DNA of 64,000 bases, taken from an uncultured Eubacteriales bacterium (GTDB taxonomy: Bacteria > Acidobacteriota > Aminicenantia > Aminicenantales > Aminicenantaceae). Below are positions 20,364-31,659 of the stretch, in pieces; position 1 is the first letter of the stretch, and the number at the start of each line of letters is the position of its first letter. The notes beneath the pieces are model-generated. The model did not search any database. It saw only the letters and a program-made list of their open reading frames with translations, and was not told where the DNA came from. The stretch lies in assembly GCA_964648465.1 (NCBI GenBank), contig CAZYMU010000001.1, positions 56,230 through 120,229 of the forward strand. Direction: 5' to 3'. Position numbers and translations under genes: made by a program.

Positions 20364-21269
20364 ATGGGGAGAGAGGACAAAATGCCTGATAAAAAAATCC
20401 AAAAAATAACCATTCCTTTTCTTAAGGAAAAGAAAAAAAGAGGAGAAAAAATTATCGCTCTCACAGCCTATGATTTTCCAACAGCGAAAATCGTTGATGA
20501 AGAAGGAGTAGACTTAATCCTAATAGGAGACTCATTGGGGATGGTAGTCCTTGGGTATGAGAACACTATTCCTGTGACAATGGACGAAATGATTCATCAT
20601 ACCAAAGCTGTGGCGAGGGCTTCTAGGAGAGCTTTGCTTGTTGGAGATATGCCCTATTTTTCCTTCCACTTGTCTGTTGAAGAATCTATTTGTAATGCCT
20701 CTCGATTTCTTAAAGAGGCTGGAGCAAAAGCTGTCAAGATCGAAGGAGCAACAAAGAAAAGATTGAAACTGGTTGAGAGTTTAGTAGAAGCTGAAATCCC
20801 GGTAATGGGGCATATCGGATTAACCCCACAATCAATCAATCGGTTAGGACAGTTCAGCGTGAGGGGAAAAACTATCGAGGAAGCAAAAAAAATTATTATG
20901 AATGCTCAGGATCTTGAAAAAGCAGGGGCCTTTTCATTGGTTTTAGAGTGTATCCCTGCAGAGTTGTCTAGAATTATTACCGAAAAAATTAACATTCCTA
21001 CAATTGGAATAGGCGCAGGGCCTTATTGTGATGGTCAGATTCTTGTTTTCCATGACCTTGTTGGGTATTCGGATGGACATTTTCCTAAGTTTGTTAAAAA
21101 ATATGCAAATCTTCATGAGATTATCAGTGGAGCTGTAAGGGAATATATTAATGATGTAAGGAAAAAAAGATTCCCGGATGATCCTCACTCTTATCATCTG
21201 AAGTCGGATAAGATTCTGGATGAGCTGTTAAAATCAGTTAAAAGAAATATGAAGAGTCGAAAAATATAA
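20364..21269 (+). CDS. panB: 3-methyl-2-oxobutanoate hydroxymethyltransferase
   Basis: The conserved PanB N-terminal region ALTAYDFPTAKIVDEEGVDLILIGDSLGMVVLGY is present. It is the first gene of a panBCD operon. Confidence 0.85.
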   Translation: MGREDKMPDKKIQKITIPFLKEKKKRGEKIIALTAYDFPTAKIVDEEGVDLILIGDSLGMVVLGYENTIPVTMDEMIHHTKAVARASRRALLVGDMPYFSFHLSVEESICNASRFLKEAGAKAVKIEGATKKRLKLVESLVEAEIPVMGHIGLTPQSINRLGQFSVRGKTIEEAKKIIMNAQDLEKAGAFSLVLECIPAELSRIITEKINIPTIGIGAGPYCDGQILVFHDLVGYSDGHFPKFVKKYANLHEIISGAVREYINDVRKKRFPDDPHSYHLKSDKILDELLKSVKRNMKSRKI

Positions 21270-21309
21270 GAAATCTGAAACAGAAATTTGTAATAATAAA
21301 AATATAAAA

Positions 21310-22182
21310 ATGAAAATTATAACTGATATTTTCGAAATGAAGGCTGAGATAAAGAGTTTAAAATATAAAGGAAAGAGTTTAAAATATAAAGGAAAGATTA
21401 TAGGCCTTGTTCCTACTATGGGATATTTACATGAGGGACATTTAAGTTTGGTTAGAGAGTCTATAAGAAAGACAGACTGCACTGTAGTTTCTATATTTGT
21501 AAACCCGGCTCAATTCGGACCGAGAGAAGATTTCAAGGAGTACCCCAGGGACTTGAACAGGGACTATGAAATTTTAGAAAAAGAAGGAGTGGATTATATA
21601 TTCTATCCCAGGGATAGCGAGATGTATCCATTGGGATATAAGACTTATATTGAGGTTCATGATTTGCAGGATAGGCTATGTGGTTTTTCAAGACATGGCC
21701 ATTTCAGGGGAGTTTGTACAGTCGTCTTGAAACTCTTTAATATTATAAGTCCAGATATTTCTTTTTTTGGCCAGAAAGATGCCCAGCAGGCCATTATCCT
21801 GAAAAAAATGGTTCGGGATATTAATTTAGATGTAAAAATTAACGTCCTTCCTATTATAAGGGATAAAAATGGATTAGCTTTAAGCTCACGCAACTCTCAC
21901 CTGACTGAAGAGCAGAGAAATGCCGCACTTTCTTTATCCAGGAGTCTGAAGCAAGCGCTTCAGATGATAAAATCAGGTAAGAGAAAAACGGAAGAAATTA
22001 TACAAAAAATGAAACTGACCATAGAGTCTGAGCCTTTTACAAGAGTAGATTATGTTGAAATTGTAGATTTAGAAGAGCTTAGTCCGATTGATAGAATAGA
22101 TAAAGAAGTTTTGATTGCAATTGCTGTATTTGTAGGCAAAATCAGGCTTATTGATAATATTATTGTTAGAATTAAGGAGTAA
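21310..22182 (+). CDS. panC: pantoate--beta-alanine ligase
   Basis: The GLVPTMGYLHEGHLSLV HIGH-type motif is present. The N-terminus contains an in-frame 21-bp tandem duplication (KSLKYKG x2). Confidence 0.85.
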   Translation: MKIITDIFEMKAEIKSLKYKGKSLKYKGKIIGLVPTMGYLHEGHLSLVRESIRKTDCTVVSIFVNPAQFGPREDFKEYPRDLNRDYEILEKEGVDYIFYPRDSEMYPLGYKTYIEVHDLQDRLCGFSRHGHFRGVCTVVLKLFNIISPDISFFGQKDAQQAIILKKMVRDINLDVKINVLPIIRDKNGLALSSRNSHLTEEQRNAALSLSRSLKQALQMIKSGKRKTEEIIQKMKLTIESEPFTRVDYVEIVDLEELSPIDRIDKEVLIAIAVFVGKIRLIDNIIVRIKE

Positions 22183-22188
22183 AATGCA

Positions 22189-22545
22189 GTGAAAAGAATA
22201 ATGTTAAAAGCAAAGATCCATCGTGCGATGGTAACAGAAACAAATATCAATTATGAAGGTAGCTTAACCCTGGATGAAAACTTGATGAAAGAATCAGATA
22301 TGTTTCCTTTTGAACAGGTTCATGTGTACAATATTTCTAACGGGGAAAGGTTTGTAACCTACCTGATTAAAGGCGAAAAAGATTCTGGAGTTGTTGGAAT
22401 AAATGGGGCAGCTGCCCATAAAGCTGGAAAGGGAGACAAGTTGATAATCGCATCTTACGCTATGGTGGATGAGGAAGAAATCGAGTTTTTTATGCCGAAA
22501 ATAGTAATTATTGATGAGAATAACAAGATTAAAAGCGTAGAATAA
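22189..22545 (+). CDS. panD: aspartate 1-decarboxylase
   Basis: 118 aa. MLKAKIHRAMVTETNINYEGSLTLD contains the PanD self-processing G-S site context. GTG start. Confidence 0.85.
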   Translation: MKRIMLKAKIHRAMVTETNINYEGSLTLDENLMKESDMFPFEQVHVYNISNGERFVTYLIKGEKDSGVVGINGAAAHKAGKGDKLIIASYAMVDEEEIEFFMPKIVIIDENNKIKSVE

Positions 22546-22548
22546 TCA

Positions 22549-24012
22549 TTATTCTACATGATAATTAGGGGCTTCTTTTGTGATTATAACATCATGGACA
22601 TGGCTTTCTTTGACTCCAGCCGAAGTGGTTTTTATGAATTTCGCATTTTTTTGTAATTTTTGTATGGTTTTACATCCTGCATATCCCATTCCTGCTTTTA
22701 ATCCTCCAACCATCATCTGTAAGATATTGACAACACTTCCATTATAAGGAACTCTTCCTACTATTCCCTCAGGAACAAGCTTGGCGTCTGATGAAAGAGA
22801 ATCCTGGAAATATCTATCCCTGCTTCCTTCACGCATAGCTTCAATAGACCCCATTCCCCGGTAGGTTTTATATGAACGGCTCTGATAGATAACTACTTCT
22901 CCAGGGGATTCATCGGTTCCTGCAAGGAGATTTCCGAGCATAACAGAACTTGCACCAGCGACGATGGCTTTAGTTATGTCTCCAGAGTATTTTATTCCTC
23001 CATCTGCGATGAGAGGAATATTTTTTTTACAAGTTACTTTAAAAACATCTGCAATTGCTGTAATTTGAGGCATTCCGGCTCCGGATATAACTCTTGTTGT
23101 GCAGATTGACCCTGGACCTACACCAACTTTTACGGCATCTATACCCAATTCGATAAGGTCTTGAGCTGCTTCAACTGTTGCAATGTTTCCTGCAATTAGT
23201 TCCTGGGATGGGAATTCTTTTTTCAGCATCTTTATTGTATCCATTACTTTTTTGGAATGGCCGTGAGCTGTGTCGACTATCAAGACATCTGCTTTTGCAT
23301 TTATTAAAGCTTTTGCTCTATTCAGTGTTTCTTCGGCTACTCCGATAGCTGCTCCGACTCTCAAGCAGCCGTAGTTGTCTTTGGAAGAATATGGGTATTG
23401 AATTCTTTTAAGCACATCTTTATAAGTTATCAATCCTTTAAGATGAAAATCTTTGTCGACCATAAGGATTTTTTCTATTTTATGTTTATGGAAGAGTTTT
23501 TCTGCTTTTTCGAGAGAAGTTCCTAATGGAACAGTAATGAGATCCTTTGTCATAACCTTTTCTATAGGGATGTTCAAACGGATTTCGAACCTGATATCCC
23601 GGTTTGTCAGTATGCCTACGAGTTTATTATTTTGATCAGTAATAGGAAGACCGGAAATTTTATATTTTTTCATGGCTTCTTTAGCCTCGAAAATCTTGTT
23701 TCGCGGTCTCATGGTTATTGGATCGACAATCATCCCACTTTCATGACGTTTGACTTTGTCTACTTCCTCAGCTTGTTTTTCTATGGGCATGTTACGGTGG
23801 ATTATCCCGATCCCTCCTTGTTGAGCTAAAGCAATGGCCATTTTTGACTCTGTGACCGTATCCATTGCAGCGCTTATAATAGGGATAAAGAGAGAAATAT
23901 TCCGGCTAAACTTCGTGGAAACATCTGCCTCGGCGGGGATCACACTGGTTTTTGTCGGGAGAATAAGAACATCATCAAAAGTCAACCCTTCCTTCATATT
24001 TTGATTAAACAT
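22549..24012 (-). CDS. guaB: inosine-5'-monophosphate dehydrogenase
   Basis: 487 aa. Tandem CBS domains are inserted in a TIM barrel. The catalytic loop [11 protein letters not shown] is present. Confidence 0.85.
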   Translation of the reverse strand: MFNQNMKEGLTFDDVLILPTKTSVIPAEADVSTKFSRNISLFIPIISAAMDTVTESKMAIALAQQGGIGIIHRNMPIEKQAEEVDKVKRHESGMIVDPITMRPRNKIFEAKEAMKKYKISGLPITDQNNKLVGILTNRDIRFEIRLNIPIEKVMTKDLITVPLGTSLEKAEKLFHKHKIEKILMVDKDFHLKGLITYKDVLKRIQYPYSSKDNYGCLRVGAAIGVAEETLNRAKALINAKADVLIVDTAHGHSKKVMDTIKMLKKEFPSQELIAGNIATVEAAQDLIELGIDAVKVGVGPGSICTTRVISGAGMPQITAIADVFKVTCKKNIPLIADGGIKYSGDITKAIVAGASSVMLGNLLAGTDESPGEVVIYQSRSYKTYRGMGSIEAMREGSRDRYFQDSLSSDAKLVPEGIVGRVPYNGSVVNILQMMVGGLKAGMGYAGCKTIQKLQKNAKFIKTTSAGVKESHVHDVIITKEAPNYHVE

Positions 24013-24023
24013 CTTGCCCCCCT

Positions 24024-26630
24024 TTATTTTCTCCTTTTTTTCTTCTTTCTCTTTTTTGGTATTAATGATCTTGCTTGTTTTCCTCTTTGAACGGTTACAT
24101 TTTGAGGATGTTGATAATATATTGGCTGTTCTTTTCTCTCCGGAATTTCTTCTTCTACAATTGGTTGAAGAAGGAAAAGATATCGGATTGTCTCGTCCTC
24201 AATTCTGTCCATCATTGATTGAAACATGTCATAACTTTCTTTTTTATATTCAACCAACGGGTCTCTCTGTCCATAACCGCGAAGGCCGATACCTTCTTTC
24301 AAATAGTCCATAGCTAGAAGGTGGTCTTTCCACTGAGAGTCTATGATTTGGAGCATGATCATTCCTTCAAATTCTCTCATGCGTTCTGAAGTAATTATGT
24401 TTTCTTTCTCTTCGTATATATGTCTTAAAGTTTTAAGTAATAATTCTCTTAATTCGTCAAAGTTTATTGTATCCCAGTCAATTCGAAGATCTTCAACATC
24501 CAAGCCGAATTGAGCTCCAATTGCCTTTTTAAATCCCTCAGTGTCCCAGTCTTCTGGAGATTTTTCCTTTCCTGTGTGGTTTTCCATTATCCAGTCAACA
24601 AGAGTGACAATAAGTTTATCAACATATTTCTTTTTATTTTCTCCTTGAAGTATATCCCTCCTTAGCTTGTAGATTGATTCCCTCTGCTTGTTCATCACGT
24701 CATCATATTCCAGTAAGTGTTTTCGTATGGAGAAATTTTGGCCTTCGACCTGTTTTTGGGCTCTTTCGATAGCTTTGCTGACCATTTTATGTTCAATAGG
24801 AACTCCTTCCTGCATACCAATCCGTGCCATGAGCCCTGATATTCTTTCACTTCCGAATATACGCATCAGGTCATCTTCTAAAGACAAATAAAAGTGGGAA
24901 GAACCCGGATCTCCCTGTCTGCCTGACCTTCCTCTTAACTGATTATCGATTCTTCGAGCTTCATGCCTTTCTGTACCGATTATATGTAGTCCTTCAAGTT
25001 CGATGACTTTATCATGCTCTACTTCTGTGATTTTTTGTGCTTCAGAAATAGTTTCCCTTTTTATATCTTCTGTGGTCTCTGTGAAATTAATTCCTCTTTT
25101 CTTTAGATTCTCACGGGCTAAATATTCAGGATTTCCTCCTAGAAGAATGTCTACTCCTCGTCCTGCCATATTGGTTGCAATGGTTGTACCTTCGATTCTT
25201 CCTGCCTGTGCAATGATTGTTGCTTCCTGCTCATGATATTTTGCGTTTAAAACAACATGTTTGATTCTTTTCTTTCTCAATAGAGAACTAAGAATCTCCG
25301 AGTTTTCAATGGAGATTGTTCCTACAAGAACAGGGCGCCCTTTGTTTTTATTTTCAATGATTTCATCAACAACAGCTTTCCATTTTTCTTTTGCAGTGCG
25401 GTATATTACGTCAGGGTATTCGTGCCGTATTAGAGGTTTATTTGTAGGCATTTCCACTACATCCAAGTTGTAAATGGATTGGAATTCTTGTGCTTCTGTT
25501 ACTGCTGTACCTGTCATTCCGGCAAGTTTCTCGTACATTCGGAAATAATTCTGAAATGTAACAGAAGCCAGTGTTTGATATTCTTCTTCTATACGCACTT
25601 TTTCTTTTGCTTCTAATGCCTGGTGGAGTCCATCGCTGTACCGTCTTCCGGGCATTAATCGGCCAGTAAATTCATCTACGATAATTACCTTGCCTTCTTT
25701 TAACATGTAATCTACATCTCTTTTGAAGAGATGATGAGCTTTTAATGCTTGGTTAATGGAATGAATTAAGTCCATATGAGAAAGATCATACAGATTTTTT
25801 ACATTGAGAAATTTTTCGGATTCTGCAACTCCCTCTTCTGTTAGAACGACTGTCCTTGTTTTTTCATCAATTTGAAAGTTTTTATCTTTATGTAGCCGCC
25901 TGACAAGATTATCAACTTTATAGTAAATAGCTGTCGATTCTTCGGTTGGGCCTGATATAATGAGTGGAGTTCTTGCTTCATCGACAAGAATGCTGTCAAC
26001 TTCATCAACAATGGCATAATGATGCTTTCTCTGAACAAGGTCAGAGAAACGAAATTTCATATTGTCTCGGAGGTAGTCAAATCCGAATTCGTTATTTGTG
26101 CCATATGTAATGTCTGTTCTGTATGCTTTTTTTCTTTCAAGTTCTCCCATTTCATGCTGGATTGTCCCTACTTCAAGACCGAGAAAATTAAAAATTGGGC
26201 CCATCCATTCCGTATCTCTCTTTGCCAGGTAATCATTAACCGTTACGATGTGAACGCCTTTTCCTTCAAGTGCATTCAGATAAGCAGGAAGAGTTGCGAC
26301 CAGAGTTTTTCCTTCTCCTGTTTTCATCTCAGATATTTTCCCTTGATGAAGAACAACGCCGCCCATGAGCTGAACATCAAAATGACGCATGTTTATGGTT
26401 CTTATAGACACTTCACGTACAACTGCAAATGCCTCAATAAGCAGATCTTCCAAGCTTGCCCCCTGATTGAGCTTTTCCTTGAAATACGCGGTTTTTTCGT
26501 TTAGCTGGCTGTTTGTGAGCTTTTTGATGCGGCTTTCGTATTTGTTGATGGCAGAAGCATATGGTCGAAGTTTTTTCAGGTCTCTATCATTTTTAGTCCC
26601 GAAGATTTTTCGGATCAGCCACTTGAACAT
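24024..26630 (-). CDS. secA: preprotein translocase ATPase SecA
   Basis: 868 aa. The SecA N-terminus ([21 protein letters not shown]), DEAD-like motor motifs and a basic C-terminal tail are present. Confidence 0.9.
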   Translation of the reverse strand: MFKWLIRKIFGTKNDRDLKKLRPYASAINKYESRIKKLTNSQLNEKTAYFKEKLNQGASLEDLLIEAFAVVREVSIRTINMRHFDVQLMGGVVLHQGKISEMKTGEGKTLVATLPAYLNALEGKGVHIVTVNDYLAKRDTEWMGPIFNFLGLEVGTIQHEMGELERKKAYRTDITYGTNNEFGFDYLRDNMKFRFSDLVQRKHHYAIVDEVDSILVDEARTPLIISGPTEESTAIYYKVDNLVRRLHKDKNFQIDEKTRTVVLTEEGVAESEKFLNVKNLYDLSHMDLIHSINQALKAHHLFKRDVDYMLKEGKVIIVDEFTGRLMPGRRYSDGLHQALEAKEKVRIEEEYQTLASVTFQNYFRMYEKLAGMTGTAVTEAQEFQSIYNLDVVEMPTNKPLIRHEYPDVIYRTAKEKWKAVVDEIIENKNKGRPVLVGTISIENSEILSSLLRKKRIKHVVLNAKYHEQEATIIAQAGRIEGTTIATNMAGRGVDILLGGNPEYLARENLKKRGINFTETTEDIKRETISEAQKITEVEHDKVIELEGLHIIGTERHEARRIDNQLRGRSGRQGDPGSSHFYLSLEDDLMRIFGSERISGLMARIGMQEGVPIEHKMVSKAIERAQKQVEGQNFSIRKHLLEYDDVMNKQRESIYKLRRDILQGENKKKYVDKLIVTLVDWIMENHTGKEKSPEDWDTEGFKKAIGAQFGLDVEDLRIDWDTINFDELRELLLKTLRHIYEEKENIITSERMREFEGMIMLQIIDSQWKDHLLAMDYLKEGIGLRGYGQRDPLVEYKKESYDMFQSMMDRIEDETIRYLFLLQPIVEEEIPERKEQPIYYQHPQNVTVQRGKQARSLIPKKRKKKKRRK

Positions 26631-26663
26631 TTGAATAATTTGTAGCAGAAACCCCTGAAGTTG

Positions 26664-28475
26664 TCAATCACCATTGCTATTTACTTCCATATTTATGTTT
26701 TCAAGAAGTATGCTGGCAGTCTTGGGCCCTGTTAATTTAGCTAGTTCCCCTAAAGGAGCTTTTTTGATCTCTGTGATGCCTTTATATTTGTCCAGAAGCA
26801 AAGCTTTTCTTTTTTTTCCAATACCTGGGATGTTATCGAGAAATGAGGAAAAGCTCTTTTTCTTCCTTTGTTGTCTGTGAAAATAGATGGCAAAACGGTG
26901 GGCTTCGTTTCTTACTCTCTGAATGAGTTTTAAGGCCGGAGAAGTTCTGTCTAGTCTGATTCCTATTCTGTGGTGTTGAGTAAAAATTATTTCTTCTTTC
27001 TTTGACAGTGAGATTACAGGTGTATTTTCCAACCCGAGTTTTTTTAATGTTTTTATTGTTGTATTGAGCTGCCCCTTTCCTCCATCCACTAAAATCAGGT
27101 CAGGTAACTCTTTTTTTTCGGTAGAAAGCAGCCTTTTGTACCTTCTTTGGATAACCTCTCGAATGCATGCCACATCATCAGGTGTTTTGACTGTTTTTAT
27201 CTTATATTTTCGATACTTATTTTTTCTGGGTTTTCCATGTTCAAACACAACAAGCGAACCTACGGATTCCTTTCCTCCTGTGCTGGATATATCAAACCCA
27301 TCGATGTGCAAAGGTAAACTCTTTAAGCTTAAAATATTCTTTAACTCCATAAGTGGCGAAAATTGTTCGATATCTTTTTCGAGAAGATGTTCTGCATTTC
27401 TGTTCGCAAGTTCCACTAGTTTTTTATTTTTTCCCTTAACAGGAATGATAATTTCGATTTTTTTGCCTTTGATTTTCTTAAGTTTTTTTGAGAGCTTATC
27501 TTTTTCTTTAGGTAGAAAAGGCAAAACAATTTTATAAGGCAAATCTTTACGGTTTTTATAAAATCTTAGTATTTGTGTAAAAAGAGTTTCTCTATCTGAA
27601 GATCCTTCGGCCCTGCGGGTAAAAAGACTTTCAGATTCGACAACTTTACCTTCTCTCATAAGGAAAACATTCAGGTATATGTTATCTTTCTCTCTGTAAA
27701 AGCCAAAAATGTCTTTGTTTTCCATTTTTACAGATATGAATTTAGGCTTATCCTTCATATGATGTATCATAAGGATAAGATCTCTCAAATACGCGGCATG
27801 TTCGAATTTCTGTCTATCAGAAACCTGCTGCATTTTTTCTTCTAAGGTATTGATCAATCTATCTGTTTTTCCTTCAAGGAATAGAATAGCGTTATTCACT
27901 TTCTCTCTATAATCTGATGCTGTGATATTTCCAGTGCAAGGAGCTGAGCATAGTTTTAAGTCAAACTCAAGGCAGGGCCTTTTTCTTTTGCCAGGGATCG
28001 CTTCTTTACAGCTTCTTATTCTAAAATATTTATTAATGAGAAGCATAGTTTTTCGTGCTTGATTAGTTGGATAGAATGGACCAAAGTATTTTGCTCCGTC
28101 CGGTTTTACTTTTCGTGTAAAGTATATACCTGGAAATTTTTCATTTAAAGTTAGCTTTAAGTAAGGAAAACTTTTATCATCCTTGGATCTCAAGTTGAAT
28201 TTTGGCTGGGACTGCTGAATAAAATTATTTTCTAGAAAAGATGCCTCTTTTTCAGTATCAGTTAGAATGTAATCGATTTCTTTTGTCTCAGAGATTATCT
28301 TGTTTACTTTTGAATCAAATGTAGTGAGAAAATACGATCCGACTCTCTCTCTTAAAGAACGGGCTTTTCCTATATAAATAGTATTTCCATTACTGTCTTT
28401 AAAAAAATAAATCCCCGGTTTTTTTGGCAGAGCTCTGACTCTTGATTTCAATGCATCCGTTGTTTTAACTGACAA
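26664..28475 (-). CDS. uvrC: excinuclease ABC subunit C
   Basis: 603 aa. The N-terminal GIY-YIG domain (PGIYFFKDSNGNTIYIGKARSLRERV) and a C-terminal HhH region are present. Its start overlaps uvrB by 11 nt. Confidence 0.85.
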   Translation of the reverse strand: MSVKTTDALKSRVRALPKKPGIYFFKDSNGNTIYIGKARSLRERVGSYFLTTFDSKVNKIISETKEIDYILTDTEKEASFLENNFIQQSQPKFNLRSKDDKSFPYLKLTLNEKFPGIYFTRKVKPDGAKYFGPFYPTNQARKTMLLINKYFRIRSCKEAIPGKRKRPCLEFDLKLCSAPCTGNITASDYREKVNNAILFLEGKTDRLINTLEEKMQQVSDRQKFEHAAYLRDLILMIHHMKDKPKFISVKMENKDIFGFYREKDNIYLNVFLMREGKVVESESLFTRRAEGSSDRETLFTQILRFYKNRKDLPYKIVLPFLPKEKDKLSKKLKKIKGKKIEIIIPVKGKNKKLVELANRNAEHLLEKDIEQFSPLMELKNILSLKSLPLHIDGFDISSTGGKESVGSLVVFEHGKPRKNKYRKYKIKTVKTPDDVACIREVIQRRYKRLLSTEKKELPDLILVDGGKGQLNTTIKTLKKLGLENTPVISLSKKEEIIFTQHHRIGIRLDRTSPALKLIQRVRNEAHRFAIYFHRQQRKKKSFSSFLDNIPGIGKKRKALLLDKYKGITEIKKAPLGELAKLTGPKTASILLENINMEVNSNGD

Positions 28476-30459
28476 TTTCCAGTTCTTTTAATTTAAGTTT
28501 TTTTATTTCATCCCTGAGTTTTGCCGCTTTTTCAAATTCAAGATTTTTTGCGGCTAACCTCATCGAATTCTCGAGCTTTTCGATTCGCTGTTTTCTCTCC
28601 TGGGGAGAAAGATAGATATCCTTGTCTTCAGAGATTCGAGAATAGTCAAAATAGTCTCTTTCATAGATGCTGGTTAAAACCTCATCGATTCTTTTTTTAA
28701 TAGATTGAGGAGTGATATTGTTTTTTTTATTGTACTCCTGTTGAATTTGTCGCCTTCTGTTTGTCTCGGCAATCGCCTTCCTTATAGAGTCTGTTATGAC
28801 ATCAGCATAAAGAATAGCTTTACCTGAAACATTTCTGGCTGACCTGCCAAAAGTTTGAATGAGGGAGGTTGCAGAACGGAGAAATCCTTCTTTATCCGCA
28901 TCGAGTATCGCAACCAGAGATACTTCTGGAAGGTCAAGCCCTTCTCTCAGCAAATTTATTCCTATCAGGGCGTCAAATTTTCCCTTCCTTAGGTCTCTCA
29001 ATATTTTAACACGGTCCAAAGTGTCGATTTCAGAATGAAGATATCGGACATAGAGTCCGAATTCGTGATAATAACGTGTGAGATCTTCAGCCATCTTTTT
29101 TGTCAGAGTTGTTACCAAAATTCTCTCGTTTTTCCCTGCCCTTTCTGTGATTTCAGACATCAAATCATCGACTTGGCCTTTAACAGGACGCACTTCAATT
29201 TTTGGATCTGTAAGGCCTGTAGGTCTTATAATCTGCTCTATTACCCTTTTACCTGCCTTCTGTAGTTCATAATTTCTTGGAGTAGCTGAGACATAAAGGA
29301 CTTTGTGAATCCTGCTTTCAAACTCGTTAAAATTCAATGGTCTGTTATCAAGGGCAGATGGAAGCCTGAAACCATGATCAATAAGCGTCTGTTTTCGTGA
29401 ACGGTCTCCATTATACATCCCACCGATTTGCGGGATAGTGACGTGTGATTCATCGATAATCATAAGGAAATCTTGAGGAAAATAATCAAGAAGTGTGAAT
29501 GGGGGTTCTCCCGGCTTTCGGAGGCTTAGATAAAGAGAATAATTTTCTATGCCTGGACACCAGCCGAATTCCCGCAGCATCTCAATGTCAAAAAGAGTTT
29601 TTTCTTCAATCCTGTTGGATTCTATGATTTTTCCCTGTTTTTTAAAGAAGCACACACGTTCTTCAAGTTCTTTTTCTATGGAGGAAATAGCATAATCAAG
29701 AATGTCTGGAGGTGTTGAGAAATAAGTCCTTGGGTAGAGGACGATCTTATCAAAAGAGTCCAGTGTTTTGCCAAGAAGAGGGTCTAGACTAGAGATGGCT
29801 AATATTTTGTTATCTCCAAGTTCTATCCTGTAAGCATAGTCCTCATAAGAAGGAAAAACATCGATAATATCTCCTCTGACACGGAAACACCCCCTTTTAA
29901 AATCACCTTCTTCTCTGTTATATTGAATCTTGACGAGATTCTCCAGAATATTTTTCCTTGATATGATTTGGTTTACTTCAAGAGGAATACTCAGAGAATA
30001 ATATGTTTGTGGCGAACCTATTCCATAGATACAAGAAACAGATGCAATGATCGCTACGTCTTTTCGCTGGAAAAGAGAGTTTGTGGCGCTGAGTCTTAGG
30101 CGGTCTATCTCATCATTTATTGTAGCTTCTTTTGATATGTAAATATTGGAAGCAGGGATGAAGGCTTCGGGTTGGTAATAATCGTAATAGCTGACAAAAT
30201 ATCCTACAGCATTTTCTGGGAAAAAGTGGCGGAATTCCTGGTATAGTTGAGCAGCTAGGGTTTTGTTGTGGGAAATGACAAGAACAGGTTTGTTAATTTT
30301 CTCTATGATATTTGCTATTGTAAAAGTTTTCCCAGAGCCTGTGACTCCCATTAAAACTTGATGTTTAATATTTTTATTTAACCCATCATGCAGTTCCTGG
30401 ATTGCCCTTATTTGATCTCCTTTTGGCTTGAATTCTGAGTGGAGTATAAATTTTTTCAT
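28465..30459 (-). CDS. uvrB: excinuclease ABC subunit B
   Basis: 664 aa. The helicase motifs (GVTGSGKTF, DESH) and a C-terminal UVR coiled-coil domain are present. Confidence 0.9.
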   Translation of the reverse strand: MKKFILHSEFKPKGDQIRAIQELHDGLNKNIKHQVLMGVTGSGKTFTIANIIEKINKPVLVISHNKTLAAQLYQEFRHFFPENAVGYFVSYYDYYQPEAFIPASNIYISKEATINDEIDRLRLSATNSLFQRKDVAIIASVSCIYGIGSPQTYYSLSIPLEVNQIISRKNILENLVKIQYNREEGDFKRGCFRVRGDIIDVFPSYEDYAYRIELGDNKILAISSLDPLLGKTLDSFDKIVLYPRTYFSTPPDILDYAISSIEKELEERVCFFKKQGKIIESNRIEEKTLFDIEMLREFGWCPGIENYSLYLSLRKPGEPPFTLLDYFPQDFLMIIDESHVTIPQIGGMYNGDRSRKQTLIDHGFRLPSALDNRPLNFNEFESRIHKVLYVSATPRNYELQKAGKRVIEQIIRPTGLTDPKIEVRPVKGQVDDLMSEITERAGKNERILVTTLTKKMAEDLTRYYHEFGLYVRYLHSEIDTLDRVKILRDLRKGKFDALIGINLLREGLDLPEVSLVAILDADKEGFLRSATSLIQTFGRSARNVSGKAILYADVITDSIRKAIAETNRRRQIQQEYNKKNNITPQSIKKRIDEVLTSIYERDYFDYSRISEDKDIYLSPQERKQRIEKLENSMRLAAKNLEFEKAAKLRDEIKKLKLKELEIVS

Positions 30460-30544
30460 TCTATCAGAAGTTTTTATGAATAATCATATTATAACAGTAA
30501 ATTAAGCTAATCGTAATCAGTAAATTGCTCTCCTGGATTATTAA

Positions 30545-30668
30545 TAAAAATTGCTGATATGTCATAACAATGAAACCTAGATTTGATCATTTTCCATGAA
30601 AATCTTGGAACTAGTTTATCCTCTATCATATCGATAATATAATTTAAATCTATTATCAGCAATTTTTA
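30545..30668. mobile_element. MITE-like 124-bp unit (copy U1) with perfect 15-bp terminal inverted repeats TAAAAATTGCTGATA / TATCAGCAATTTTTA
   Basis: Read directly from the sequence. No coding capacity. An approximately 85% identical inverted copy lies at 31660..31783. Confidence 0.55.
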
Positions 30669-30670
30669 CC

Positions 30671-30799
30671 TTACAGGCGAGCCGATCTTACAGCATCTGC
30701 TGCGTTACAGCGCATTCGTGGTGAAGGACCACAACTTCATGCGCTGTGCCTTGCATCTGCAGCAAGCTTGACTCGTGAATCATCCAGGACTTCCTGGAT
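30671..30799 (+). repeat. conserved structured repeat module (M5), copy A; second copy at 49234..49350
   Basis: About 90% identity to 49234..49350. Contains nested perfect hairpins (CAGCGCAT[..GTGGTgaaggACCAC..]ATGCGCTG and CTTGCatctgcaGCAAG), and in this copy a terminal ATCCAGGacttCCTGGAT hairpin. Confidence 0.5.
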
Positions 30800-30971
30800 T
30801 ATTAATAAAAATTGCTGAAAGAATTAATATGATATAAACTAATTTTGATTGTTCTCCATGATATGCTCAGAACTAATTTATACTATACTCTAGGCTAGAT
30901 AATAACCTAACAGCGTGAAGCATATGAATTTTAGGGGATGGAGGAAGCGACATTGAAAGATTTAGACTTTT

Positions 30972-31130
30972 TTCTGAGTCAATCTTCGAGGGAACCAGAG
31001 AAAGTCTGGCCTGATGGATGTGTGAGCACTGTATAATCAATGATGCGGTGTTAATAGTGGCTCGCGGACATTGTGGAGTTGCTTAAGATAAACATGCGGA
31101 GTTCCATCAGAGCCGAGAAGATCAGGGAGG
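30972..31130 (+). repeat. conserved repeat modules M1-M2, copy A (inverted homolog at 62044..62207; M2 also at 49115..49165)
   Basis: About 85% identity to the reverse complement of 62044..62207. Contains a conserved GTGTGAGCACTGTATAATCAA block with a TATAAT hexamer. Confidence 0.5.
31032..31037 (+). promoter_or_regulatory. conserved -10-like TATAAT hexamer inside repeat module M1
   Basis: CACTGTATAATC is conserved exactly in the inverted copy at 62139..62144. No strong -35 was found. Confidence 0.3.
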
Positions 31131-31166
31131 AAGGTGTGAAAATGCTGAAGATTTAAAATGATTTTA

Positions 31167-31547
31167 TTATTTAATGTGAGAAACCATTTTTACAGAGCCT
31201 TTGAATTGTGCTCCATCCATTATTGAAATGCGGGAAGCTGATATATCACCCGTCATTTGGCCTTCTTTTTCAATAAAGACTTTTCCATTTGCAAATATAT
31301 TTCCCTCAACAAGACCCTTAATTGTGATGTTCTTTACATGAATGTCAGCATTGACTTCGGCTTTTGATCCAACGGTCAAATTGTTATTTTCCATGTTTAT
31401 TTTCCCCTGGAACTGCCCTTCTATTATCAAATCTTCACTGGTGTATAGTTCGCCTTGAAAATTCAGGGTTAGCCCAAAGCGAGCGATTGTTTTTGGGATT
31501 ATTTCTTCAACAAAACTTTGATTTTCTTTTTTGTCTGGATCCAGCAT
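31167..31547 (-). CDS. bactofilin-family cytoskeletal protein (DUF583 beta-helix)
   Basis: Degenerate beta-helical repeats are present (LIIEGQFQGKINM, LTVGSKAEVNADIHV, ITIKGLVEGNIFANGKVFI, GQMTGDISASRISIMDGAQFKGSV). The tracked ORF extends to 31637, but its first about 30 codons lie in the repeat element, so the internal Met start is preferred. Confidence 0.55.
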   Translation of the reverse strand: MLDPDKKENQSFVEEIIPKTIARFGLTLNFQGELYTSEDLIIEGQFQGKINMENNNLTVGSKAEVNADIHVKNITIKGLVEGNIFANGKVFIEKEGQMTGDISASRISIMDGAQFKGSVKMVSHIK

Positions 31548-31659
31548 TATACCTTCTGTTGAAATAATGTGCAGATTATAGATTGCTCCCTTTAATATGT
31601 CAACAGAATTATAATACAGAAGTTCCAGCAGAGCCAAGAAGATCGGCTCGCCTGTAAGG

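Noticed and set aside
30460-31166. CRISPR array or tandem repeat array in the repeat-rich intergenic regions
   Set aside because: The repeats are dispersed and inverted modules of 15-170 bp with no regular repeat-spacer periodicity. No cas genes are in the window.
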